A DNA stretch of 64,000 nt from Glaucostegus cemiculus (Eukaryota), in the NCBI GenBank assembly GCA_976551045.1, contig CDPCPM010000180.1, forward strand, positions 15,686,001 through 15,750,000, in the 5' to 3' direction. Below the pieces are notes generated by a model that was not told the origin of the DNA, did no database searches, and saw only the letters and a program-made list of their open reading frames with translations. Of this stretch, positions 63,271 through 64,000 are shown piece by piece. Positions within the stretch are counted from its first letter, which is position 1. Each line of letters opens with the position of its first letter. The translations under genes were made by a program, and so were the position numbers.

Positions 63271-64000
63271 GATGCACTCTGTTATCTCCATCAAACTGGA
63301 CCAAAAATTAGTAGCAGCAGAAATGCTGCTCTGAGAAAATCTATGCTGGAAGTCTTAAACACACCAAAAGGCAGTTTTTGTCAAAGAGCATCTTGTAGAC
63401 AACACAACAAATTCAAACCAACAAGAGCTACGCAGTACTACTAGCAAAACCATTGCTTTTCCAATATATAATATAAATAGGGATAACAAGAACTTGAAGA
63501 ATTGGAGTCAAGCCATTGCACTTTGATCTGAGATAGCCTGTCATTGCTGGTCCAAGGTGATGGTGAATGCCATTGTATACATCTGCAATATTGGCAAGGA
63601 TTTCTGAGCCACATTGCCATTCTGAGCAAGAACTTGCTGTTAATGGGGATTAAATGTAATGAATTTTACTAACAAATAATCTACTAACAATAATCTACTA
63701 ACAAAAAATGCCGATTTATTTTGTTATTGAACTAATTAATGTGTAAATTATTACTGAGCAAAATTTCCTCTCAGCTTCGGTAATTTCTTAATTCATGAAA
63801 AAGGTGGAAGATTGATCTTTATCTGTCTAAGTTTACTTATGTTTTAGAATAAAATAATTGCTGTTATATTTTACAAGAAAGGACCTTAATCTCTCTGATT
63901 TGCATGTATACATGAAATACACATGAGCAAAATTTGGCCCATAAGTTGCAAACAGAAACCTGCACTAAAATGATGCTGCACAGAGACATCATAATTGTTT

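Overview
Vertebrate genomic DNA; the repeat families (V-SINEs, Deu-domain SINEs, CR1, Rex/Babar, Penelope-like) point to a cartilaginous fish (inference). The only intact host gene is single-exon FoxC1 on the minus strand (1816-3237, 473 aa). It sits in a ~11.5 kb CpG-retaining, almost transposon-free domain with two same-orientation CTCF consensus sites and several enhancer-like blocks. The remaining ~52 kb upstream is CpG-depleted intergenic DNA with nested retroelements: CR1, a near-complete Rex/Babar LINE with a 7-bp TSD, RTE relics, V-SINEs with two different tails, DeuSINEs and solo-LTR-like elements. Manual translation found fossils missed by the ORF track: two Harbinger transposases and a Gmr1-like Gypsy gag(SCAN-like)-protease-integrase relic split by the Rex LINE. 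A Penelope-like GIY-YIG element has inverted arms, an 11-bp TSD and minimal hammerhead ribozyme motifs. I found no convincing wholly new biological system. All family assignments are by-eye motif recognition, not database searches, and repeat boundaries are approximate.
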